From Octopus bimaculoides (taxonomy: Eukaryota): a stretch of DNA of 64,000 nt. A model generated the notes under the pieces. It ran no database searches. It saw only the letters and a list, made by a program, of their open reading frames with translations, and was not told where the DNA came from. This document shows, piece by piece, positions 12,662 through 24,270 of this stretch. Where the stretch lies: the NCBI RefSeq assembly GCF_001194135.2, contig NC_068984.1:64025628-64089627 (forward strand), in the 5' to 3' direction. Each line of letters opens with the position of its first letter. The first letter of the stretch is position 1. The translations under genes and the position numbers were made by a program.

Positions 12662-12738
12662 CTCAGGTCACTGCTTGGAATCGAACTCGGAATCTTGGGG
12701 TTAGTAGCCCGGACCCTTAACCACTCCGCCATATGCAC
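12662..12738 (-). mobile_element. tRNA-derived Pol III head (SINE-like), not a functional tRNA
   Basis: Minus strand has A box TGGCGGAGTGG, anticodon-like arm GGG-CTACTAA-CCC and B box GAGTTCGATTCC. The acceptor stem does not pair. It is followed by (AAT)n. Confidence 0.8.
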
Positions 12739-12769
12739 GTGTGTATATGACGTAGTGGTTATTTTGGCA

Positions 12770-13471
12770 TGAATTAGACCATAAATTAAGTTTAAGTTTT
12801 TTCTTTAAAAAAGGAATGTACTTAATAAAATTTTTGCTAAGTATACCAATATCAGAGCTGGAGCGACAGATGATACGGAGAGTTGGGTTATTGAAGACGT
12901 TAGGTTTGTGGTCCTTTAAAATAAAATGGTGTTGCCCTGGATTTAAAGGTTCAGTCCTCATTTGTAAGTTCCCTATAATTTTCTTAGCTTCCAATTTGGC
13001 TTTTCTTATAGCATTTCTACCAGTAGTCATATGTAATTTTTGTATTTTTTTCCTGAATAATTATAGGTAATAACCCATGATTAGGCGATAAAGGTTGCCG
13101 GTTTTATCTGATTGAACAAGTAGAACTTCCATGTTGTTAATGTCCCTGGTAATATTATGTAGATATCTCAGAAGTTCATTCATTTACGGGGAACGATGGA
13201 ATTTAACGTTCTTAGCAATATGCCAGAGGTCGGGTTCAAACGGTTTTAATCTTGGATTGGGAGGAGGATTATTTTTAGATTTGAATAGTTTACTGAATTA
13301 AGAAATTGGATCAGTGGAAGACGGTTTAATATCCTTATTGTTGAAGAAGAAAACTTGCCATCTGACGCGATTAATGAAAGAGTTGGTCTTATTAATGAGT
13401 TGTTTAAGGAGTTCCTCTGTTAGGGGAATAGCTATATCCTTAAGAGAGGCGTTTATATTAAAGATCTCCAT
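12770..13471 (-). pseudogene. Penelope-like element ORF N-terminus up to the start of the RT domain (probably Naiad-type)
   Basis: One frame from ATG 13471 with three TAA stops: MEIFNINASLKDIAIP...NSFINRVRWQVFFF...FKSKNNPP...SDKTGNLY...FILKDHKPNVFNNPTLRII...DIGILSK...LNLWSN. LKDHK and DKTGNLY are PLE motifs; the subclade call is inference. Confidence 0.8.
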
Positions 13472-13551
13472 TTGCAGTAATTATTTAAGTTGCAAGTTTT
13501 AATAATGAAAATCCTGGTATATATATATATATATATATATATACGTCATAT

Positions 13552-13626
13552 ATACTATAGGTATTATAATTGCTCTCAACACAAGTACACAGGTTTCATA
13601 CTGATCAATTCTCTTAGTCCGGGATG
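13552..13626 (+). repeat. Exact 75-bp direct repeat, copy 1
   Basis: Identical to 14351-14425 (atactataggtattataattgctc...cttagtccgggatg). Confidence 0.95.
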
Positions 13627-14283
13627 TATATATATATATATGTTTACTCTTCAAGGAAAGATCCCTAGAAATAGTTATATATGTATGTGTGTGTGTGTGT
13701 GTGTGTGTGTGAGAGTGTGTGTGTGTGTTTGTGTGCGTGTTTGTTTGTGTGTGTCTGTGTGTGTGTACGTGTCAGTATTCACAAGGTTACCGACTCTGAT
13801 GTTAAAATCATCTGATCTGTGGAAACGTACGTAGTGATGTATTAAATATTTATAAATTTCATCCTGATATTATTGTTATTATTATATTTCTCCTACATTA
13901 TATTGTGATAACTATGATACTACCCCGAACATCTGACTCACTAGTCAGTATTATTTGACGGTAGACGGCATAATGAAATAAGAGCCTTATTTAAATACTC
14001 TTAACGATGCCTGAACGAATTTAATATACATATATATATATATATATATAATATAAATAATATATAAATATATGCATATATACATACATATATGTACATA
14101 CCTACATACATATATATATATACATGCACATATGGGTACGTGACATCAAAAAGACGTCAAGAAAAATGAGAAAGGAGAAGGCAACATAAAGAACATTCCT
14201 TTCATCAGTTGTCCCTTGCCCTGTTTTAGCTACTCCGCGTTAAGAAGGTAGAGACAATATAGATACGTATATATATATATATA

Positions 14284-14323
<40 letters not shown>

Positions 14324-14350
14324 TAATTTTCGTGTTCTTCCTTCTTGCTC

Positions 14351-14425
14351 ATACTATAGGTATTATAATTGCTCTCAACACAAGTACACAGGTTTCATAC
14401 TGATCAATTCTCTTAGTCCGGGATG
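14351..14425 (+). repeat. Exact 75-bp direct repeat, copy 2
   Basis: Identical to 13552-13626. Confidence 0.95.
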
Positions 14426-14931
14426 ATTTTTGTTTATCTGGTTAGGATTTCGTTTTAGTATATTTTCGTTGTGAATATTCCTGCCTAAGTGATCATAAAC
14501 AGAGAGGACTGGTCATTTCGTTTTACGTGATATCGATAGAATGTCTCAGCGAAGTTGCGACATGCAGTCTCGATAGCACTATCAACAGTGGCATACGATA
14601 AAAAGTTAGAATTCATTTAAAATAAATGCTTATGTTTTATTCAGTTTCAATGATTTTGACCAACAGTGTCATGTGAAGATAGAATAGCTAGATAGAATTA
14701 AGATGCATTCAGAAAGAAGAGATTAGAGAAAGTTCTGTTTCCATATTTATATGGTTCCAATCTTTTCCTTTTCCCTTGTGTCTGATACTATCGTAGATTG
14801 CGGCAAACAAGCAATGCATGCACATACACATGCACCTAAAATACGCACACACAAACTCATACATAATCGGTATTTTCCGGTATTCTTCCAAGAAGATTAG
14901 ATTCACATACAAATATGATACTGAGCCTGAG

Positions 14932-14971
<40 letters not shown>

Positions 14972-14973
14972 TA

Positions 14974-15344
14974 GGCGCAGGAGCGGCTGTGTGGTAAGTA
15001 GCTTGCTTACCAACCACATCGTTCCAGCAAGTGTCTTCTAGTATAGCCTCGGGCCGACCACAGCCTTGTGAGTGGATTTGGTAGACGGAAACTGAACGAA
15101 GCCCATCGTATATATGTATATATAGATATATATATGTGTGTGTGCGTGTGTCTGTATTTGTCCCCCTAGCATTGCATGACAACCGATGCTGGTGTGTTTA
15201 TGTCCCCGTCATATAGCGGTTCGTCAAAAGAGACCGATAGAATAAGTACTAGGCTTACAAAGAATAAGTCCCAGGCTCGATTTGCTCGACTAACGGCGGT
15301 GCTCCAGCATGGCTGCAGTCAAATGACTGAAACAAGTAAAAGAG
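14974..15344 (+). mobile_element. Near full-length SINE family A copy (tRNA head with B-box deletion, internal microsatellite, LINE-like 3' tail)
   Basis: GGCGCAGGAGCGGCTGTGTGGTAAG head; GCAAGTGTCTTCTAGTATAGCC body; internal (TA)/(TG)n; ends CAGTCAAATGACTGAAACAAGTAAAAGAG. Homologous to several other copies in the window. Confidence 0.9.
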
Positions 15345-15721
15345 AAAAAATAAAAGATATATATGTATGTATATGTATANNNNNNNNNNNNNNNNNNNNN
15401 NNNNNNNNNNNNNNNNNNNNNNNNNNNNNNNNNNNNNNNNNNNNNNNNNNNNNNNNNNNNNNNNNNNNNNNNNNNNNNNNNNNNNNNNNNNNNNNNNNNN
15501 NNNNNNNNNNNNNNNNNNNNNNNNNNNNNNNNNNNNNNNNNNNNNNNATATATATATATATACTAATATTTAACTGAAGTAACAGACTGACTCAAGATCT
15601 GGGAGTTTCTGCGTTGGCACAGAATCCCTCGGATTTTGAGTCACTGCTACTTCTACTATACCCATATTTTGAGCTCCATTTTTCCTGTTTACACCAACTT
15701 ACCTGCCTGTGTATGTATATA

Positions 15722-15882
15722 TACGACGGGCTTCTTTTGGCTTTCCTCTACAAAATCCACTCACATGGGTTTGGTCGGACCGAGGCTATAGTAGAAGTCA
15801 GTTGCTTCAGGTGCCACGCAGTAGGACTCAACCCAAAACCATGTGGTTAGCAAACAAGCTTCCTACCACACAGCCACGCCTA
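15722..15882 (-). mobile_element. SINE family A, 5' half
   Basis: Reverse complement aligns to 14974-15110 and retains the B-box region. Confidence 0.85.
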
Positions 15883-18800
15883 TAGGTCATTGTAGATTTG
15901 TATATTACCAAAAATTTCAGCTCGGAAGAATAAGGTGATGGGAAGTAGCTCTTTCATAGAAAAGAAGAAAAAGTATTTAGTTACCTTTCTAAATACCTAT
16001 TTCTTGACAATTGTCCCTTATACAGAGCACCAGCGTTGTGATTATGTAACGGAGACTATAAACAGTGTTAGAGCAGTAACCTTAAACCATTCTACAGCTT
16101 TGCTGAAGGTTCAGCCCGTACATATTTGGGTGTGTGGGTATGGGGGTGTTGTGTTTGTATGTGTGTCTATGTGTGTGTGTATCTATTAACCAAATGTGGT
16201 GAGGACATTATAGACTTAAAGACAGGATCTGTAATTACATTTCTAATGATATCTTCTACAAATAGAATTGTCTGACAGCACATCTAAATTTTAAAAAAAA
16301 ATACTTGCTGGAACGGGAAGTAGTTATGTAGTATTAATTCAACAATTAAATTTTAATCCCTTTCTCAAAAAAATATTGCACTATCCACACGATAAATCAT
16401 GTAATTATATATTTAATTTATGTTTGGGCGACAATACACCTTTGTATTTGACAGTTGGTACTTTCTAATATAAGGATGTTACAGATATGTAAGCCGAAAT
16501 AATTAAAAGATCGGGATCAGGTTTTATGATTAACCCGAACTTGAAAACAACAGTTGCTTGAAATCGGCAGTAGAAGTAACAATACTATATATATATAACC
16601 ATATGGAAGGAGCAATTAATGTTAACTTGTAAGACAGCAGTTATTCCATAATAAATGAACATTTTCTCATATGTTATAATATAGATGCTAAACAGTAGAT
16701 AGGCGTAAGCTTCTTATAAGTACCTGATTCTTGCATGTACACATGCGACATTTGGTTTTGTATTACTTCTAAACGTAAACTACTCAGAACATACCACCAT
16801 ATATTCTGCGATCATATATACCACCATATATACCACCATATATTTCATATATACCACCATAGATTCTGTGAAGTGATGAAGTGATTCCTTATAAAATGCA
16901 ATTTTCAGTAGATTTCCACCTCAATATTAATTTTATTGACCCTAATTTATCGACAAGGACGTCTGAAAAGCAAATCCAGTGTCAGGAAATACCACAAAGA
17001 TGTCTGCTGCCCTTAAGAACAAACTCTCAAGTAGAAAATTATTATGTATTTTATAATATTGAATTTGAAATGAACTGGCAAACTGGTTTGTAGTGTGATC
17101 GGTTTAATGCTTCACCAGTATGAAGACTAAGTACGCAAGAGACAAATATAATCATCAACTGGAGCATACTGCGCTGCAACAATATATATATAATGTACTT
17201 TGAACTTACTAGGAGCATACTGCATCGTTGAATGCTTTGCGTTCATTGATATATTATTAATGCTCATAGTCATAAATAATAACTGCTCTTAATAGTAAGT
17301 GACAGAGTATTCCACAGACAGGTGTACAGTTAACTTAATGTTTGGGGAGAATCAGCATGACTGTGAATGACATGTCTGGCCTTTTGAATTGCTGCTATAT
17401 TCACTATTGTTAATTCAAAAAAGAGTCGAAACTTAATTATCAAGTATGAAATGTCTTCCCAATTTAAATATTGGAGAAATGATAGTGTGAGTATTTATAC
17501 GGGGAAACAATAATTACATTCTTGATAAATGTGTTTTATAAATAAGTTTGAATATTTGTTTTAATAACATACATCTAGATCATATCATACTTCAACACAT
17601 AAATATGCTGTTGAAAGCTGATAAAATACTAGGCCGTTTGAGGATGAGCTTGACTTCAAGATGTAACTTAAGCAGTTATTCTTTAATTTCTTGAATATGT
17701 TGCAAGAAAACTAGTTGTATCTGCCATACCATCACGGAAAACGATGGTATAGCAGAACCGGTAGGGGTCAAGACAAAATAGCTTATGGGATTCTTTCACT
17801 TTCTGAGTTCAAATTTGCTGGAGTTAAATTTGTTTGCGGTACATAAAGAGCTAGTTAAATACTAGAATTGTTTTAATCCGTTACATCATTATTTCAAAAT
17901 GTAATCCCCTATGCTTATAATATAAAACATTATTTTAATACTTAATATACATTAACAACAGAAAAATGTATACTTATGCTGTTATTAATATCAAGATGTT
18001 GCCATCCAATGCTCACGACCAAATTCACACTGGTGTACTCATGTAAGAAAGCCTATTATATCATCCTGGGAACATTGCAGTACATAAAAAATATTCCACA
18101 ATACACGTGATCGAGAGTAGCTTTCAATTATTACGTGATGTTTGTTCATTTCAATTACTTATTGACAGGAAAGTGCATCTTTTACTTTACCGTACGCATT
18201 GATATATTCACCTTGCGCCAAGTCACCCAATCGGATAAGTTATGCTTTTTCTTGTAAGAATGAAGAGATCCCTTTTATAAAGAAACACTAGAATATTTTA
18301 TTCCATTCCATTATAAATTCCTTAATTCAAATATCACCACAAATGAATTTGCCTTTCATCTCACCGGGTAGGAGAGATAAATTAACTATTCCACGTGAAA
18401 AATTTAATCCTATGGGTAGAAATCGATATTCTATTAGGTTACAGCAGAATAGTGTCCATTATAATAGATAAAATAACATACACGATACTACCTATGTAAT
18501 AACTGCGCAGACTTATTTTCTTCTTCATGGAAGGTTTTCATGTCAACAATAGAGATAAATTGTTGTGGGAAAACGCTTTTAAATGATACTGTTAATGCTA
18601 AGTTCCTGGTTAATGTTTTGATATCTAAGTAAAATTTATAACACAAGCTTAAATTGATTACAATAAAAAGGCTCTATCTCGAGTTAAAATCTCTCTCTTA
18701 ATTTCTCTCCCCCTCTCTCTCTCCCCCTCTCTCTCTCCCAATGCCCNNNNNNNNNNGCTTAAATTGATTACAATAAAAAGGCTCTATCTCGAGTTAAAAT

Positions 18801-19132
18801 CTCTCTCTTAATTTCTCTCCCCCTCTCTCTCTCTCAATGCCCCATTATCACACTCGAACATTGCAGTGATATGTATATGCGCACGCACGTGTCCGCGCGC
18901 GTGCGCACGTGTATACCTACATACATACATGTATATGCATATATGTGTGTGTGTGTGTGCGTGTGCATGTATATATATATATATATAAAATTATAATACA
19001 GGGTATCTAAGAGATACCGTCACGCTGAAAAATAGCAGTCAAAACCTGACTCTAAAACCTCAATAAATAAATGTCCACATAGCACAAGGAGCGAAGACGA
19101 AGACAAAATAAACCAGTAAAAATAACAAGATA

Positions 19133-19191
19133 ATTCCAGATCCCGGATTTCTGGCTTTGCATAAATAATGCTTTGCCTTCATCGGTGGAAT
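19133..19191 (-). ncRNA. Type I hammerhead-like fold (U4C core variant), second family
   Basis: Minus strand: ATTCCA CCGATGA A GGC aaa GCAT tattt ATGC aaa GCC A GAAA TCC g GGA TC TGGAAT. Stem I is 6 perfect bp; stem III is TCC/GGA plus the A-U pair; the triplet is AUC. The core reads CCGAUGA rather than CUGAUGA. Confidence 0.6.
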
Positions 19192-19362
19192 ATACTCAAG
19201 CACATAACTACAAATATATGTATATAAACAGTATACTTACATATACGGACGTATACACACATATATATGCACGTATGTACACGACTAGCTTAAATAGCCC
19301 GCTTGAGTATATTCCACCGATGAAGGGAAAGTATTATTTATGCAAAGCCAGAAATCCGGGAT
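19140..19362. repeat. 62-bp inverted repeat (19140-19201 vs 19301-19362, 2 mismatches); right arm cut by an assembly gap
   Basis: Direct reverse-complement comparison of the two arms. Confidence 0.95.
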
Positions 19363-19758
19363 NNNNNNNNNNNNNNNNNNNNNNNNNNNNNNNNNNNNNN
19401 NNNNNNNNNNNNNNNNNNNNNNNNNNNNNNNNNNNNNNNNNNNNNNNNNNNNNNNNNNNNNNNNNNNNNNNNNNNNNNNNNNNNNNNNNNNNNNNNNNNN
19501 NNNNNNNNNNNNNNNNNNNNNNNNNNNNNNNNNNNNNNNNNNNNNNNNNNNNNNNNNNNNNNNNNNNNNNNNNNNNNNNNNNNNNNNNNNNNNNNNNNNN
19601 NNNNNNNNNNNNNNNNNNNNNNNNNNNNNNNNNNNNNNNNNNNNNNNNNNNNNNNNNNNNNNNNNNNNNNNNNNNNNNNNNNNNNNNNNNNNNNNNNNNN
19701 NNNNNNNNNNNNNNNNNNNNNNNNNNNNNNNNNNNNNNNNNNNNNNNNNNNNNNNNNN

Positions 19759-19794
<36 letters not shown>

Positions 19795-21172
19795 ACTGGT
19801 GTACGCGATAATTGTCGGGAGTAAAGATGTTCTATTGGAACGCCTTATTACTCTGATATAAGAAGGCAATGTCGTTATACCTGACACAAAAGGTGTATTT
19901 TCCGTCAGGAAAAATTAAAATAAACTGTCAGCTGGAGGAGGGGGAAATTGTTGGAGGTTGGCGAGAGAGGTTTCGGAGGTTGGTGAAAAAGATAGTTGGA
20001 GGTTGTCTAGAGAGATTGTCGGAGGTGGTCGAGAGAGGTTGTCGTTCACAGAAAATCTATTGTTTCACCGTGAGGAAAGCGCTTTTGAAGTGTTAAATGA
20101 AATTTGGCAATCGAGGATCGAATCCACACTCTGCCTGCATGTCGAAAAAATAATTATCTACTGTCATGGAGAAAGTGTAACTGTAAAAATGCAAAGACGT
20201 ATGTAGGCATAGATATGTATGAATGAAGAGATTCAAATTAAGGAAGTACAATAATAATATTTAGCAGTTAAAATAATGTTTAGCAGTTAAAATAATGTTT
20301 AGCAGTTCAAATATTGACCGCATCGCTAAAAACTGCAGGCAGATGATATTGGTTATTTCCCTTGGGTTGTTTAGATAAAATATTGGTAATATGTAGTTGA
20401 TAGTAGGATCAATTGGATGGGCCCTATTATCGATTTTTTTCAACAATCTAAGTATGACACGTTGTTTCCAGACATGAGATCTACTCACGTGACAAATAAA
20501 GTAAAAAAAAGTATTATACTCTGCAAAACTTAGAAATTGGATACACAAAAAAAAAAATCAATATTCAAAGTAATCGAACATAAACAATGAAACCTGTAAA
20601 ATATTTCTAAATTCGATGGCACAATTTGTTTCATGAAAATGTTGTATGAACTGTAAATAAGTAATAAATACGATTTGTAAAATAATTATACAGGGTGCCC
20701 AAAGTGAATGTGGTTTGGAGATTTGGTTTCATTTTATAAGAATTTTAGGCATTCAAAGTATGAACTCATCGTATTGGGACACAATTATTAAATACCTTCT
20801 AGAATCAAAGATTTATGTAATGTCATCGAAGAATTTTAACTGGAAACATGCAGAATTATCGGATTTATGGGGATTGAAAGTGTACATGCATCAAGAAAGT
20901 GGAATAATAAGGTTTAGCATTTCAAAGCTGTGGGTAGTGAAATGCAGAATTAGGTTCGCTGATCGTGAGAATCAAATATTTATCACTTCGCTAAAAACTA
21001 ACAACTGTTAGTGCAGGTGCTAACGGTTATTTCCCTTGAGTGCTTAAAAAAATATTGTGCAGGTGGTATGGGCTATTTCTCTTGGGTGTTTAAAAAATTA
21101 GTTATATGTGATAGATATAAATATCCCTTCCAGTGACCGTTATCGATTTTTTCAACAATCTAAGTATGTATA

Positions 21173-21219
<47 letters not shown>

Positions 21220-21984
21220 NNNNNNNNNNNNNNNNNNNNNNNNNNNNNNNNNNNNNNNNNNNNNNNNNNNNNNNNNNNNNNNNNNNNNNNNNNNNNNNNN
21301 NNNNNNNNNNNNNNNNNNNNNNNNNNNNNNNNNNNNNNNNNNNNNNNNNNNNNNNNNNNNNNNNNNNNNNNNNNNNNNNNNNNNNNNNNNNNNNNNNNNN
21401 NNNNNNNNNNNNNNNNNNNNNNNNNNNNNNNNNNNNNNNNNNNNNNNNNNNNNNNNNNNNNNNNNNNNNNNNNNNNNNNNNNNNNNNNNNNNNNNNNNNN
21501 NNNNNNNNNNNNNNNNNNNNNNNNNNNNNNNNNNNNNNNNNNNNNNNNNNNNNNNNNNNNNNNNNNNNNNNNNNNNNNNNNNNNNNNNNNNNNNNNNNNN
21601 NNNNNNNNNNNNNNNNNNNNNNNNNNNNNNNNNNNNNNNNNNNNNNNNNNNNNNNNNNNNNNNNNNNNNNNNNNNNNNNNNNNNNNNNNNNNNNNNNNNN
21701 NNNNNNNNNNNNNNNNNNNNNNNNNNNNNNNNNNNNNNNNNNNNNNNNNNNNNNNNNNNNNNNNNNNNNNNNNNNNNNNNNNNNNNNNNNNNNNNNNNNN
21801 NNNNNNNNNNNNNNNNNNNNNNNNNNNNNNNNNNNNNNTATATAAACATATATATTTACTAATCAGATATATGTTTGTGCATATATACATACATGGGCGT
21901 CAAACTAATATATTTAATGTGTACGTCCTTTTGACATTCATTCTTTCATCATTTGTTATATTTAATTTTCGATTTGCCTATATA

Positions 21985-22820
21985 TTGGGTCATCGCATTA
22001 ATAATGCAGTTTTTTTCAATTGCATGAAATAAAAGTCGGAGGGGAACGGCATAAACTACCTGCATCAGCTTAAAAGTAGGTAGTATTTTATCTTGTCCTT
22101 AGTGTAAGTCTTGAACGGTGCAATTCGATTTTAAGAGTTATTTTTTTAAAGCTAGAATGGAAGTGACGAAGGAGCATGTTCGGAATATTTTGCTTTATGA
22201 GTTCAACTGAAGCAAAAGCGCAACAGCAGCATATGGGAATCAGACAATAAGCGTAAGCTAATGTCAATGATGATTCCAGGAATTCTGAGCCAGACACTAC
22301 AGCCTAGAAGATGAGCCACGTCTTGAAAGATCTACAGAACTAAACGAAAGCATCCTGCAAACCCTGGTGTAACAAATTCCTATCGTAACTGTTGAAGAAC
22401 TTGCAGAGAACCTTGGATTTCGTTATTCAACCATTCATCGACACCTGTGTGCCATCGGAAAAGTCAGCATATGGGTTGCTCACAAACTTTACGTGTCTAA
22501 TCTCGTGCAGAGAGTGAATGTGTGCTCTTCCTTGCGTCATGTCTAACGAATGACTCTTACTTGCACCGAAGTTACTGGTGACGAACGATGGGTTCTCTAT
22601 AAAAATGTCAAGCATAGAAGACAGTGGCTAGGGAAAGGAGAAACACCGGAACTTAGGCTAAAGAAGGTCTTCAACCATGTAAAGTGTTCTTAACTGTTTG
22701 GTGGGATATGAAATGTTTAGCCCACTCAGAACTTTTAAACCCCAAACCAAACGTAACAAAGGAGATCTACTGCGGGCAGCTTGAGCGGCTTAAGTCAATG
22801 TTAGAAGAAAAACGACGGTC
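21985..22820 (+). mobile_element. Decayed mariner transposon (5' TIR plus about two thirds of the transposase)
   Basis: TA|TTGGGTCATCGCATTAATAATGCAG TIR-like start. From ATG 22157: MEVTKEHVRNILLYEFN...SLEDEPR...TVEELAENLG...TIHRHL..IGKVS, WVAHKL, VTGDERWVLYKN, VWWDMK, EIYCGQLERL (mariner WVPHEL and TGDEKW equivalents), with many stops and frameshifts. Confidence 0.9.
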
Positions 22821-23162
22821 TAGTCTCAGGATTTTCGAGTCAACATGGGGCGGTTGGCTCCCCTGTCAGTATATATCTGAGCTTTTACTAAAGCTTCGGG
22901 TGTATTTCAACTATTAATTCTAGCAGCCTTAGTCACACTTAGTAACGATTAAATTGTTCCTTTATTCTATCACATTGTGCTTAACTATTTATATTGATTT
23001 TATATATAAATATATATCGTTTTAAAAATTGTATTATAAAGATATCAACATCCTTTCAGAGACAAAACAAAACATTACGGCTCTGCTCAGTTCTTGGTCT
23101 ACTATAAGCTTATGTAACCATTAGTGTCTGCAAGCTCACCTATATTAGCAGTATTTTTTTCT

Positions 23163-23547
23163 TTGCTTGTTTCAGTCATTATACTGCAGCCATTTTCGAA
23201 GACTGCCTTGAAGACTTCGTTTTCCTTTTTTTTTTTTTTTTTTTGATTCAAATGAACCGACCATAGTACATATTGTTTTAAAGCTCAGTAGTTATTCTAT
23301 CGCTTTCTTGTGTCAAAGCGCTACGTTACGGGAATGTAAAAAAAAAACAAAAAAAAACACTGGTTGTCAAGTAGTTGTGGAGGACAAACACAGACACAAC
23401 TATGAACACCAAATCTACCAAATCTACTCAAAAGGCTGTGGTTTACCTGAGACTACAGTAAAAGACAATTGTCCAAAGTATCATGCAGTAGGACTGAACT
23501 CAGAAACATGTGGTTGGAAAGCAAAATTTTTGCCACACACCCACGCC
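23163..23547 (-). mobile_element. Diverged full-length SINE family A copy
   Basis: Both tail (gtttcagtcattatactgcagcc) and head (catgtggttggaaagc...ccacacacccacgcc) are recognisable against 14974-15344. Confidence 0.75.
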
Positions 23548-24187
23548 GTAGTGCATTGCTGGTATATGCGAGATTTCATTACTGCTATATAGAAAACCTT
23601 TGTACGAGGATTCGCCACTGACTCTAAGCCTATGAACTTGATATTTGTATACTCTATTGTTAATGCCATTTCTGTTCATTCGCATTGTTCCCTGCACTCA
23701 TCCTTACTGTATCTTACCTTGTATATTGTAATCTAAAGTACTCAAGTAACATATCCTCATCAGAATTGTCATTATCTAGATGTAACTTCGTGCTTCAAGC
23801 AATTATTATCCTAGATATGCTGTAGATTAAAATTTATCTGACAGTCAAAATTATTAATATTATATTTCTTCTATATCCCAGGAAACTATTTCTAGAAGTA
23901 TCCGTCAGTCCTGTTATTCTATCGGAGCATTGGTTCTGCTTCAAGCAATGCTTGAAGGTTTGTGTTACATCAGTCCACCTCGAGTTATATGTATAATGAA
24001 CAAATTTATTTTTAATTCTGCAACGGTGACGTTTATATTATATGAAATATATAATATAACAAAGAAATTCACGAATAAAAATAAGTTGAAAATATTAAGT
24101 TAAATGAAAGAAAAATTCTGATATATTTTCAGAGGTAGTAGCAGTTATTAGTAAAATATTCTATAGGTTGAAAACAAGCGTACTGTT

Positions 24188-24270
24188 GTGGTGGGGGTGG
24201 GGGTAGTTGGAGTGGAGGATGGTGGTGGTGATGGTGGTGGTTGTGGTAGTGGTGGTGGTGGTGTTGTTGA
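24188..24270. repeat. Imperfect (GGT)n microsatellite
   Basis: Seen directly. Confidence 0.9.

Noticed and set aside
12662-12738. A real tRNA gene with anticodon ACT (Ser)
   Set aside because: The acceptor and D stems do not pair and it is followed by (AAT)n, so it is a SINE-type head.
12770-13471. Selenocysteine recoding in the PLE ORF
   Set aside because: All three in-frame stops are TAA, not TGA, so they are ordinary decay.
14190-14265. CTGATGA on the minus strand (14202-14208) as a third hammerhead
   Set aside because: No GAAA follows the putative stem II and no stem I/III pairing is found; at best a dead relic.
18645-18845. Tandem duplication of about 80 bp around the 10-N gap
   Set aside because: The copies are identical and sit on either side of a gap: typical overlapping contig ends.
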